DNA of 64,000 nucleotides from an uncultured Candidatus Saccharibacteria bacterium (GTDB taxonomy: Bacteria > Patescibacteriota > UBA1384 > DTJR01): positions 70,745 to 134,744 of the forward strand of contig CAZAOT010000001.1 in assembly GCA_964487045.1 (NCBI GenBank), written 5' to 3'. Under the pieces are notes generated by a model. That model worked only from the letters and a program-made list of their open reading frames with translations. It had not been told where the DNA came from and searched no databases. Both the position numbers and the translations under genes were made by a program. Shown piece by piece: positions 46,803 to 56,378 of the stretch (positions are counted from its first letter, which is position 1; each line of letters opens with the position of its first letter).

Positions 46803-48232
46803 AGAATAATATTGTTATTTTTTCGGTAAGTTTACTGGTCGCACTTGTGGTCGGTTTTTTGATGTCAAGTGTTGTCAAAGTCGGTGTGCCGCTGGCAATC
46901 GGTATTGGCGCAATAATATTTTTGATACCGCTTTTATTTCAAAATCCACAGCTCGGGCTTGGTCTAATAGCATTTTTCCTGCCATTTGAAAGAATCCCTT
47001 CGTTTGAGGTTGCCGGCGCATCAGTCAAAATAAATTATATTTTGATTGCAGTGGTGTTCTTTGTATATTTCTTGACGAAACTTGCCTCGGGGGAGTTGAA
47101 GATCCCGAAAGATCCTAGCAGATATATCGTGGCGCTCTTTATTGCCAGTTTAACTTTTTCATTTTCCCAGGCCCTAAATTTCGAGCGATCAATTATGGTC
47201 TTGTTGTTCATGATTTTGATGTTTGTAGTTTATCTAACGGTTACATTTATGGTTCAGGACAAAAAGGCACTCAGTTATGTTCTCTATGGCTTAGTTTATG
47301 GAGCAATTTTCTCAGCAGTTCTCGGGCTTTTCCAGTTTGCTGGAGACGCAGTTGGCTTGCCAACACAAATTACGCTTCTTAAAGAAGGTTATGACAAATC
47401 AACTTTCGGATTTGCCAGGGTTCAAGGAACAGCGATTGAGCCACTTTATTTCGCAAATTATATCTTTATTCCATTATTTTTAATGTTGGTTCTTTTAGTA
47501 CGTGGTCAAGCTGAGAAATTAATTAATAAAAACCTCGCTTATGCATTGGCGGTGGGGCTACTTCTAAATTTTGTTCTCACGGTTTCGCGCGGTGCATATC
47601 TCGGGCTCGCTGGGGCAGGTCTTGTTTTGATCATTAGCCAAGCGAAGCTGATCTTAAGAGCTAAAACTATTATTACGACCGTTATGATTGGCCTGATTGT
47701 GATCGTTGGGGCATATCTTGCGCTAGTTAAAAGTGAACCGCGAGCGATTGATGAATTTATCGGACACGTGATGGTCAATGACCGTGATGACGGTGAATCG
47801 GTTGTCTCGAGAGTAAGTGCGACCAAAGAAGCATTTATGATGTGGCAAGAGCATCCAATTTTCGGTGTTGGTCTTGGTAATTACGGTCCGCTAGTCCAGG
47901 GAGATACCAAGGATACTCCGGAGGGAGGATGGTTCATCGTCAACAATGAATATGTAGAATTGCTGGCTGAAAATGGCATTGTTGGTCTTGGGATGTTTGT
48001 AGGCCTTCTCGTGCTTGTTTTCCTGCGAGCCTTGGCAGCAATTCGCAAAACAACCGATCAATTTTTGAAATCCGTCATGATCTCATTGACTTTGGCTCTT
48101 TTGGCGGTTTTGATTCAATATGCGTCGTTTTCGACCATTTATATTTTCCACATTTGGTTCTTGATCGCGCTTGTAAGTAGCGTGAGCGCCATAATCTTAT
48201 CTAAAAATGAAAATCGACAAAATATTAATTAA
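46799..48232 (+). CDS. O-antigen ligase/polymerase (Wzy_C) family protein
   Basis: RVQGTAIEPLYFANY, LTVSRGAYLG, HPIFGVGLGNY, NNEYVELLAENGIVG. Confidence 0.9.
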   Translation: MKNNIVIFSVSLLVALVVGFLMSSVVKVGVPLAIGIGAIIFLIPLLFQNPQLGLGLIAFFLPFERIPSFEVAGASVKINYILIAVVFFVYFLTKLASGELKIPKDPSRYIVALFIASLTFSFSQALNFERSIMVLLFMILMFVVYLTVTFMVQDKKALSYVLYGLVYGAIFSAVLGLFQFAGDAVGLPTQITLLKEGYDKSTFGFARVQGTAIEPLYFANYIFIPLFLMLVLLVRGQAEKLINKNLAYALAVGLLLNFVLTVSRGAYLGLAGAGLVLIISQAKLILRAKTIITTVMIGLIVIVGAYLALVKSEPRAIDEFIGHVMVNDRDDGESVVSRVSATKEAFMMWQEHPIFGVGLGNYGPLVQGDTKDTPEGGWFIVNNEYVELLAENGIVGLGMFVGLLVLVFLRALAAIRKTTDQFLKSVMISLTLALLAVLIQYASFSTIYIFHIWFLIALVSSVSAIILSKNENRQNIN

Positions 48233-49331
48233 GCTAATAATTCTTGCCCTTCCATTTTATTTTATCCGTTTTTCGATTGGGCCGATTCCTACAACTTTAT
48301 TTGAAGTTTTAGTATATGTTGTTTTCCTGATACTTCTTTTTGGCAAAAAAATTTCTTGGCCGAAAAATTCAAAAATTATTACTCCAGCTTTGATTTTTGT
48401 TGGCGCAGGCTTACTTGGTGCATTTGTTGATCCAAATTTAGCTGATGGGCTTGGGTTGTGGAAAGCTTTTTTCTTTGATGGCTTCTTGATTTTTCTGATG
48501 ATCGTGAGTTCAAGAGAAGAGGAGGATTATGCTCCAATATTATTTTATAGCGGAGTGTTAGTTTCTCTTCTGTGCTTACTTATTTTCTATGTTAGTGGTG
48601 GCACGACAGATGGAAGGATACTTGATCTGGATCGGCTAAGTCCAAATTATCTAGCTATGTTTTTGACTCCGCTTCTAGCAATTGGAATGTATGAGGTTTA
48701 TCGCAAGAGAACTTTGGCGAACATCATTGGCTCTTTCGTGATTGCTTTTGCGCTTGTGCTAACACAGTCGCGAGGGGCGCTTGTTGGCTTAGCGGGGGCG
48801 CTAATTGGAGCAATATATTTCTATCTCTCTAAGAGAAAAGTTTCTTATAAGAACTGGGCTTTGCTTGGAATGATTGTCGTTTTTATTGTCGGCGGATATT
48901 TAGTTTTTAAACCGGATTGGTCTGACCATGCTAGAAAGTCTACCAGTTCAAATATAAGGTATTATATCTGGACAACATCGCTTGAAGTAATTGGCAAGAG
49001 TCCTGTCCTTGGAGTTGGAATATCTAATTACCAGAATTATTTTTCTACGATGACATCAGATCGTGTTAATTACCCAGAATTTATTTCGCCACAAGCTTTG
49101 ACTGCCCATAACATCTATCTTCAATTTCTTGCGACAACTGGACTTGTCGGCTTGATAGCATTCATCTATCTTCTTATAAAGTCAAAATTTATTAGGAAAA
49201 ATGGTGCGATAGGACTAGCGATATTTGCACTTCTTGCCTATGGGCTTGTGGATACTCCGTTTTTTAGAAATGATTTAGCGGCATTATTCTGGATATTGAT
49301 CGCAATTACTAATATAAGAAGAGATGACTGA
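48207..49331 (+). CDS. O-antigen ligase (Wzy_C) family protein
   Basis: SPNYLAMFL, LTQSRGA, PVLGVGISNY, AHNIYLQFLATTGLVG. Confidence 0.9.
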   Translation: MKIDKILIKLIILALPFYFIRFSIGPIPTTLFEVLVYVVFLILLFGKKISWPKNSKIITPALIFVGAGLLGAFVDPNLADGLGLWKAFFFDGFLIFLMIVSSREEEDYAPILFYSGVLVSLLCLLIFYVSGGTTDGRILDLDRLSPNYLAMFLTPLLAIGMYEVYRKRTLANIIGSFVIAFALVLTQSRGALVGLAGALIGAIYFYLSKRKVSYKNWALLGMIVVFIVGGYLVFKPDWSDHARKSTSSNIRYYIWTTSLEVIGKSPVLGVGISNYQNYFSTMTSDRVNYPEFISPQALTAHNIYLQFLATTGLVGLIAFIYLLIKSKFIRKNGAIGLAIFALLAYGLVDTPFFRNDLAALFWILIAITNIRRDD

Positions 49332-50799
49332 GCGGGTGGAAAGCTTTGTAAAGAATAGAAAAAAACTATTTTTCTGCTTGATTTTCTTAGTTTCATTTAT
49401 TGTCACCTCGATTGGCATTAATCAGACGGGTGAGACCTGGGATGAAATACCTTATTACAATGCGGCCAAGCAATATGCCTCCAATATAAAACATTTCCGC
49501 ACTAAGGGTGAAGATTGGGCGGCCAATAAAGAACATCCTCCGGTAGCTAAATATGTCTACATGGTAGCATCTGCGTTTGAAATGCAAAAAGAAGGTGAGA
49601 ATTACACCGGAGGAAGATTGGCTAGTGCGGCAATGATTAGTCTTACAATTTCACTGACCTTTTTACTTACATTGGAATTGTTCGGGGCTTTAGCTGGGTT
49701 GCTCGCTGCTATTGTGCTCTTATTAACCCCACCTTTTATTGGATTTGGCCGAGTGCTTGGTATGGACTCGCCAACCGCCCTTGCAATCACGCTAATTGGA
49801 ATAAGTTTTTATAAATTTGCTAATTCTAAGGCGATGCCGAAAGACTATATCATTCCTGCGCTAGTTTTTTCACTTGGCATCGCTACGAGATACAATATAG
49901 TCCTTTCAGGCTTATTTTTGCCCGTTGCGGTTCTTCTTTTTTCTTCCTGGCGTTTTGAACTAAAGAAGTGGCTTAGCTTTTTTATATTTCCAATTGCGGC
50001 AGTACTGATTTTTTATTTAGTTTGGCCGTTTTTGTGGCAGGATCCTATCGGGGGAATTGACAAAAGCATCGGTCATTGGGGGCAGGTAAAAGAATGGTAC
50101 TTTGGGGTATCGAATGCTACATTGCCAAATTCTTATTTTCTATCGTATTTCTTTTATGTGACTCCAGCAGTAGTATTGATACTCTCTGCGCTGGGGCTGA
50201 TAATTAAACCTTGGAATAACAAAAAATTATATATTCTTGCTCTACTGCTTGTTCCTTTTATAAATAGCGTGGTGGGGATTAAGCAGGGCGGGGTGCGCTA
50301 TCTACTTTTTGTGTTCGTGCCTCTGGCAATTTTTTCTGGATTAGGCCTGAGCTTTTTAATTAAGAAAGTTAAATATTTATGGCTGCAAATCATCTTAATA
50401 CTCTCGTTAATCGTTTATATGTCTTTTGTAATGGTGAGCTACTATCCATACTATATTGATTACTATAATGAATTTATGGGTGGTGCAAAAGGCAACTATG
50501 AGAAAAAGGCTTTACAGCTAGGCTGGTGGGGAGAGGGGGGCAAGAGATCGGCAGATTATCTGAACAATAATGCTCCAATTGGGTCAACTATATTCAATAA
50601 TATGAAACCAGAACATACCCTTGATAATCTACGGGCTGATTTAGTAATGGTTAAATCAACTGAGAATCCAGATTACATTGTTTACAATACCCTCTGGGCG
50701 TGGGGAAGCGGATATGAGGTAAGCCCAGAATATACGATAGTTCACCAAGAAAAAGCAGCAGGTGCTCCTATAGTGACGGTTGCAAAGAAAATTAAATAA
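49324..50799 (+). CDS. GT-C fold glycosyltransferase (PMT/ArnT-like)
   Basis: TWDE...EHPPVAK first loop, multiple TMs, RYLL motif. Confidence 0.85.
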   Translation: MTERVESFVKNRKKLFFCLIFLVSFIVTSIGINQTGETWDEIPYYNAAKQYASNIKHFRTKGEDWAANKEHPPVAKYVYMVASAFEMQKEGENYTGGRLASAAMISLTISLTFLLTLELFGALAGLLAAIVLLLTPPFIGFGRVLGMDSPTALAITLIGISFYKFANSKAMPKDYIIPALVFSLGIATRYNIVLSGLFLPVAVLLFSSWRFELKKWLSFFIFPIAAVLIFYLVWPFLWQDPIGGIDKSIGHWGQVKEWYFGVSNATLPNSYFLSYFFYVTPAVVLILSALGLIIKPWNNKKLYILALLLVPFINSVVGIKQGGVRYLLFVFVPLAIFSGLGLSFLIKKVKYLWLQIILILSLIVYMSFVMVSYYPYYIDYYNEFMGGAKGNYEKKALQLGWWGEGGKRSADYLNNNAPIGSTIFNNMKPEHTLDNLRADLVMVKSTENPDYIVYNTLWAWGSGYEVSPEYTIVHQEKAAGAPIVTVAKKIK

Positions 50800-50943
50800 G
50801 TTATCTGCTCGCTAGCGAAATCTAATAAATTCGATCTCTAGACGATTTTTTTCTTAAAGCGAGTTTTTCTAAACTTGCATTTTTTTGCAGCTTAAGCTTC
50901 AATCAAAATATATTATTACAGGTTTATTAATATTAATATTTTA

Positions 50944-53900
50944 ATGAATAAAAGCGCAAAAACTATTTCGATAATCTTTCCTGCTTACAACGAAGAAAAG
51001 AATATCAAAAAAACGGTAAACGAAGCTTATAAATTTGCTGAAAAAGCATTTAAAGATTTCGAAATTATTGTAGTTGATGACGGATCTGTAGATAATACAG
51101 CAACAATTGTCGAAGAAATTTCTAATACAAAAAAGAAAGTAAAACTTTTAAAAAATGGCAGAAATTTGGGATATGGCGCGACTGTTTGGAAGGGTTTGAA
51201 GGCAGCCAAGAAAAAACTAATTTTCTTCTCTGATGCTGATCGTCAATTTGATCTAAGAGAAATCGCAAGTATCTTAGAGCATGTGGGGGAGTACGATGTG
51301 GTGATCGGTTATAGACGCAAGCGAAAAGATCCTTTTCTAAGAAAACTGAATGCCTGGGGTTGGAAACTCTTGTTGCGCTTAGTTTTAAATTTAAAAGTAC
51401 GTGACATAGATTGCGCTTTTAAGTTATTTAGGCGTGATGTTGTAGAGAAAGTATCGGTTAAGTCGACTGGTGCGACATTCTCAGCTGAACTAATTTACAA
51501 CATCAAGAAAAAGGGCTTTAGAATTAAAGAAGTCGGCGTGGGCCACTATCCGCGAGTTGCAGGTAGCCCCACCGGTGCAAAGCTATCTGTGATCAAGAAG
51601 GCATTCGTCGAACTTTGGCGTTTTTATAGGCAGGATAAAGATCTAGTGAGGCAGAAGAGTCGATTCGTGTACTTTGGTGGCGCCATAATACTATTTTTAT
51701 CGAGAATATTACTGCGATCCAATTCTATGGATTTTTTTGACTCTAGTGAATATGCCTGGAGGACGAATGACGCTTCTTTTCTAGGCGCGCTAGCAACTGG
51801 GCATGCACCTTTTCATCCCCTGTATGTTTTCTTCAGCTGGTTGCTTCACAGTCTTCCATTTAAGCCAAGTGAAATTACTTCGCTGGAGATAACATCGGCT
51901 TTGATGGGAAGTCTATCGATCGTCTTCCTATTCTTATTTGTAAAAAAATTATTCAATTCTCGTGTTGCATGGTTGTCTGCAACTATTTTTAGTTTGCTGC
52001 CATTTGTCTGGGTAAGTCAAACAACAATTTTAGTGGATGCTTCTGAACACACTTTTTATTTCTTAAGTTTGTTTTTATGGTTAATAGCATTGCAAAGTCA
52101 GAATTTAAATGGAAAGATTTACGCTCTTTGCGCTGGTTTGTCATTTGGCTTGGCCGCATTTGCCCATACTCAGGTTGCTATCTGGATAGTAAGTATTTTA
52201 GCTATGCCAATACTAACTACAGAATTTAAACGTAAATCGCTCCTTGATCTACTTTACAAATTTTTATTATTCTTCTTGGGTGGTTCGTTCTTTATATACT
52301 TATATTTAGAGTTACTGCTTTATTCTCACTCAATCGGTTGGCACGAACCTAGCACTAGCTACAAAGCCGCTCTTAAGTATCTATTGTTTGGCAATATTGG
52401 AGATCGTGATCCGATTGAAATTAAAAAAACTATATACTATCTGGTTAGCCTTGCTTCAAGTGTTGTCGTTCTAACAGGTCTTTTTGGTGCTATCAAGATG
52501 TTTTTACAAGAGAAGCGAAAATTGTTGTTTGTGTTTTTATGGTTTATTCCTTTTGTTATTGGCTCGACATATATTTATGAAAATTTATATGCTAGGACGC
52601 TGATAATAGGTCTAGCAGCAATTGCAGTTTGTAGCGCTTATTTTTTACTTAATATAAAAAAATTCAAAAGTATTTGGATTGGTTTGGTCTTGGCGCAACT
52701 CATAATATTAAGCGTTCCCGTAGTGGCAAGATACCATAATTATCCATCTCCAATTGAAAATATAAAATCATTCATTTCCACCGTTGAGCCTGATGGGATA
52801 TTCATTTCATCAAATGTTACAAAGACGATGGCTAATTCTGCGTATAAAGGTGAATATGTAAATTTCGGAGATGTGGGATACGGTGCAGGTTTTGTACAGG
52901 ATAAGACCAAGCAGGCCCTAGCTGATGGCAAACCTGTTTTCGTTCTGTCTGACGCTTTGATTTCGCCATACAGAAGATATGATGGTTCTTATTACGACCT
53001 CAGGTCTGTTGGGACTGGCAACGGCTCTAGTCATGGCACTGAGCTAGAAAACTTATTTAAAAACTTTAATATCTATCTCAGGAAGGTAGAGAGCTATTCA
53101 TTTAGACGGGCACTATATCAGGTTAGTAATAATTTTGATGATGATGTTTTGAATAATATTGAGTCGGAGGCCAAAAAATCACCAATTGTTTTTGGCAGAC
53201 TAGTTTCTAATCAGGAGGCCGTATCTGGAGCGATTATTAATAATTATAATAAGAATTTGTGTGGCACAGTTAAAGAAAATATAACTCGTTTAGACTTTGG
53301 ACTATGTCTAATAAGAAATTTCAGAAAAGAACCAGAAAACTGGACCTTTACGGATAAAGATGGTCGGTTCTACTTGCCATCAGATAAACCAAGCATAAAT
53401 TTAGCGATTGGAACAAACCCGGGTCAGACCAGAGTATCTTCTTTGGATGGGCAGTTTGCCAAAGAAGAGGTTATCTATCCGCAGGCTAAATATCGAGCTG
53501 AATACACAAGCCTGGAGGAGCTCAAAAGTATAATTTCTGATATCGATAGGTCTTATTATGTTGTTTCTTACGAAAAGGACGGACAAATTCGTCTTAGGCT
53601 TTATACATACGAATTCAGTTTATCTAAGACAAACACAATCGATGCAAAAAATATAGTTGCTGAGGCCGGGAAGATAGTAAAGGATGGGGTCTTATCAAAG
53701 AAAGTTCGTGTTTCCGACGAGAGAGCAGGATATATGGCTTCTGGTCCATATATGGATTTGGCTGAAGGCAAGTATATTGCGGTTTTCAGCCTAAGAAAGA
53801 GTAGCCAAAGTAAAGGAGCAGTACTGCTTGATGTTTCAGGTGATTATGGGCGGATTGATCTTGGCAAAGTGGAGAAGAATATTAGCGAGCTGTCTAGTGA

Positions 53901-54024
53901 TAAATATAAAAAAATAGAACTGCCGTTTGTATTACAGGCGGGAACCGGAGGAGTTGAGTTTAGGGTTAAAGCAGAGCCTAATAGTGGAATTTATTTAGAA
54001 TCGATTGAGATAAAAAAGAACTAG
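50944..54024 (+). CDS. GT2 polyprenol-phosphate glycosyltransferase fused to a GT-C domain and an extracellular C-terminal domain
   Basis: IIFPAYNEE, VVDDGSVD, FSDADRQFD, DIDCAFKLFR; then FDSSEY...HAPFHPLY and many TMs; C-terminal GPYMDLAEGKY...VEFRV beta-sandwich. Confidence 0.88.
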   Translation: MNKSAKTISIIFPAYNEEKNIKKTVNEAYKFAEKAFKDFEIIVVDDGSVDNTATIVEEISNTKKKVKLLKNGRNLGYGATVWKGLKAAKKKLIFFSDADRQFDLREIASILEHVGEYDVVIGYRRKRKDPFLRKLNAWGWKLLLRLVLNLKVRDIDCAFKLFRRDVVEKVSVKSTGATFSAELIYNIKKKGFRIKEVGVGHYPRVAGSPTGAKLSVIKKAFVELWRFYRQDKDLVRQKSRFVYFGGAIILFLSRILLRSNSMDFFDSSEYAWRTNDASFLGALATGHAPFHPLYVFFSWLLHSLPFKPSEITSLEITSALMGSLSIVFLFLFVKKLFNSRVAWLSATIFSLLPFVWVSQTTILVDASEHTFYFLSLFLWLIALQSQNLNGKIYALCAGLSFGLAAFAHTQVAIWIVSILAMPILTTEFKRKSLLDLLYKFLLFFLGGSFFIYLYLELLLYSHSIGWHEPSTSYKAALKYLLFGNIGDRDPIEIKKTIYYLVSLASSVVVLTGLFGAIKMFLQEKRKLLFVFLWFIPFVIGSTYIYENLYARTLIIGLAAIAVCSAYFLLNIKKFKSIWIGLVLAQLIILSVPVVARYHNYPSPIENIKSFISTVEPDGIFISSNVTKTMANSAYKGEYVNFGDVGYGAGFVQDKTKQALADGKPVFVLSDALISPYRRYDGSYYDLRSVGTGNGSSHGTELENLFKNFNIYLRKVESYSFRRALYQVSNNFDDDVLNNIESEAKKSPIVFGRLVSNQEAVSGAIINNYNKNLCGTVKENITRLDFGLCLIRNFRKEPENWTFTDKDGRFYLPSDKPSINLAIGTNPGQTRVSSLDGQFAKEEVIYPQAKYRAEYTSLEELKSIISDIDRSYYVVSYEKDGQIRLRLYTYEFSLSKTNTIDAKNIVAEAGKIVKDGVLSKKVRVSDERAGYMASGPYMDLAEGKYIAVFSLRKSSQSKGAVLLDVSGDYGRIDLGKVEKNISELSSDKYKKIELPFVLQAGTGGVEFRVKAEPNSGIYLESIEIKKN

Positions 54025-54025
54025 T

Positions 54026-55183
54026 TTATTGGTGCTCGGCAATAAATTTTTTATAAACTTCAAAAGCAGGTTTGTTTTTAGTTGCATTAACTTTTCCGGC
54101 TTTGTCAATTTCGGCACCAACTAACCCGAAGTGACTGTCGTTCTCGTTACCGATAATTTTATTAACCGGGTTGTCAAAGAGGGTATAAACAATTACTCCT
54201 TTAAAGTAGCCAGAAGAATATACATTCGTTAGGAAGCGGCTAAAAAATTCTGCTTGGTACTGTTCCCCTTGGCTCTCACTCATATTTTCACCCTTGCTTC
54301 CACCGCTCGCATTTGTTTCAACTAGCCAGACATCCTTTTTTATTGATTTTAGCTTTTCGGCTAGGTTCATATAGCTACCGTAATTATATTCACGACTAGT
54401 TGGGTCTGTCCCGTCGCTCGAATACCAGCTCCAGCCCAAGATATCGAAGTCAGCCCCATCAGCAATAAAGCGAGGAAAAATATCATATAGAATCCAATGT
54501 CCACTCAGGACAATCTTAGCGTTAGGATCGTTTTGTCTGATTCCTTTCGACATTCCCTTGATCCACTCGAGAGTTGTATTGTACATATCTTGAGAATAAT
54601 CAATTCCATTTTCTCCCTTGATAATTTCGCCGCTGGTGTCTGCTTTTTTGACGATTGTGCCACTTATCTCGTTTGCAATCTGGTAGTATTTGACCTTCCC
54701 CTTATAACGTTTTGATGCATAGGACCCCATCCTGTAGCCCTCTTCATAATAATCAGCCTTGCCAACCGTAGCAGGAATGTTGGGGTCTAATACAAGCAAA
54801 AGATCCAAACCAGAGCTAGATATACTATTAATAAATTGGTCATTATCACTTTCTAAATAATTAATTTTAAATGGCGAATCTATTTTTCCTATTTCTAGAT
54901 TAGCTCTAATTAAATTCAGGCCAAGCTCCTTGGCTTTAGCTATTTGTAGATCTGCATGCTCTTGAAAAAATCCCTCATTAAGATTGTTGAGGGTGTAGGC
55001 CCCTCCCTGTGCACCCCAGACAAATGATTTATTCAAATTGGCGACTGGAGAGGGAGACGGGGTTGGTGTTTGAGCAACTTTAGTTCGGTTCGTTGAAGCC
55101 TTAATTTTCAAAATATTTCCGGTGATTAAGCCGACTACTATTGCTAGGGCCAATATTAAAAAAGCATTGGTGTATTTTTGCAC
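54026..55183 (-). CDS. Membrane-anchored glycoside hydrolase, clan GH-A like
   Basis: N-terminal TM and PTPSPSP linker; YYQIANE (acid/base), DFDILGWSWY, VWLVETN (nucleophile), HFGLV. Confidence 0.8.
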   Translation of the reverse strand: MQKYTNAFLILALAIVVGLITGNILKIKASTNRTKVAQTPTPSPSPVANLNKSFVWGAQGGAYTLNNLNEGFFQEHADLQIAKAKELGLNLIRANLEIGKIDSPFKINYLESDNDQFINSISSSGLDLLLVLDPNIPATVGKADYYEEGYRMGSYASKRYKGKVKYYQIANEISGTIVKKADTSGEIIKGENGIDYSQDMYNTTLEWIKGMSKGIRQNDPNAKIVLSGHWILYDIFPRFIADGADFDILGWSWYSSDGTDPTSREYNYGSYMNLAEKLKSIKKDVWLVETNASGGSKGENMSESQGEQYQAEFFSRFLTNVYSSGYFKGVIVYTLFDNPVNKIIGNENDSHFGLVGAEIDKAGKVNATKNKPAFEVYKKFIAEHQ

Positions 55184-55259
55184 TATTTATAAGATATCTT
55201 CTTTTTACCTTAGTCGCAAATTGTTTACTTTTAAGAAGAAAAATTGTACATTGAGAGCA

Positions 55260-56378
55260 ATGAAAGATGTTTTAATTGTCGTTCCAACCTTTAACGAAAA
55301 AGAGAATATCTCCAATCTTATTTTAGAAATTCGCAAAGCTAAAGTAGACGCGGATATTTTGGTTGTGGATGATAATTCTCCTGATGGAACTGGCAAAATC
55401 GTTGAAGATCTCAGAAAGAGCGATAAGGGTTTGTTTGTTTTGCACCGCAAGGAAAAAGCTGGCTTAGGTAAGGCCTATGTAGCTGGTTTTTCATGGGGAT
55501 TAGAACATGGCTATAAAAAACTAATTTCCATGGATGCTGATTTTTCGCATCCGGTTAGCTCGCTAAATTCACTTATTAACCTATGTTCGAAGAAATCTGT
55601 GGCAATTGGCTCGCGATATATAAAAGGCGGGAAAATTGTTGGCTGGAAGTGGAATCGATATGCAAATTCCTGGGGAGCAAACTATGTCACAAGGGCTCTC
55701 CTTAGGATAAAAGCCAAAGACTCTACCGCTGGCTTTAAGTGCTATCCAGCAGAATTTTTGCGTGAGGTAAATTTAGAAACGATCCAGGCGGCAGGCTATG
55801 CTTTTCAGGTAGAGATGCTTCTTCGGGCCCAGGAGCTTGGTTATAAATTACTCGAAACACCTATTACTTTCGTAGATCGAACTGCCGGAGAGAGCAAAAT
55901 CCAGGGAGAATTAAAGAAATCTGCTAAGACTGTTATGCAACTCGCGGTGTCCAAAAAGTCATATCGACAATTTGTGAAATTCGCCATTGTGGGGGCATCT
56001 TGCGCTCTGGTCGATTGGGCTGTTTTTTATCTAGTAAAATTAATATATAGCAATTATTTCTCATCTGTAGAGCTACAGATGGCAAGACAGATCGCTAAGG
56101 CAGTTTCTTTTATTTTTTCCGCTAGTGTGAATTATTACTTCAATCGTATTTGGACTTTTAAATCGAAGGATAAGGCTGTTGCTTCTCAGGCTACAAAGTT
56201 CTTTCTCGTCGCGTCGATTGGATTATTATTCAACTCAGTAATCTTCTACGCGGTAACTGCCAAACTAAATTGGCGAGATATTTTTGGCCTGATTATCGCT
56301 ACTGCGCTTGTAACTCTCTGGAATTTTTTCATCAATCGAATTTGGACTTTCAAGGAAGATGAAAAAATCAAATCTTAA
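55260..56378 (+). CDS. Polyprenol-phosphate mannosyltransferase-like GT2 fused to a GtrA domain
   Basis: VVPTFNEKENI, VVDDNSPDGTG, MDADFSH, GYAFQVE; C-terminal QFVKFAIVG...FNRIWTF GtrA. Start at 55260. Confidence 0.92.
   Translation: MKDVLIVVPTFNEKENISNLILEIRKAKVDADILVVDDNSPDGTGKIVEDLRKSDKGLFVLHRKEKAGLGKAYVAGFSWGLEHGYKKLISMDADFSHPVSSLNSLINLCSKKSVAIGSRYIKGGKIVGWKWNRYANSWGANYVTRALLRIKAKDSTAGFKCYPAEFLREVNLETIQAAGYAFQVEMLLRAQELGYKLLETPITFVDRTAGESKIQGELKKSAKTVMQLAVSKKSYRQFVKFAIVGASCALVDWAVFYLVKLIYSNYFSSVELQMARQIAKAVSFIFSASVNYYFNRIWTFKSKDKAVASQATKFFLVASIGLLFNSVIFYAVTAKLNWRDIFGLIIATALVTLWNFFINRIWTFKEDEKIKS

Noticed and set aside
56135-56356. Duplicated NRIWTFK motif (CAATCGwATTTGGACTTT twice)
   Set aside because: Normal internal two-fold repeat of the GtrA domain.
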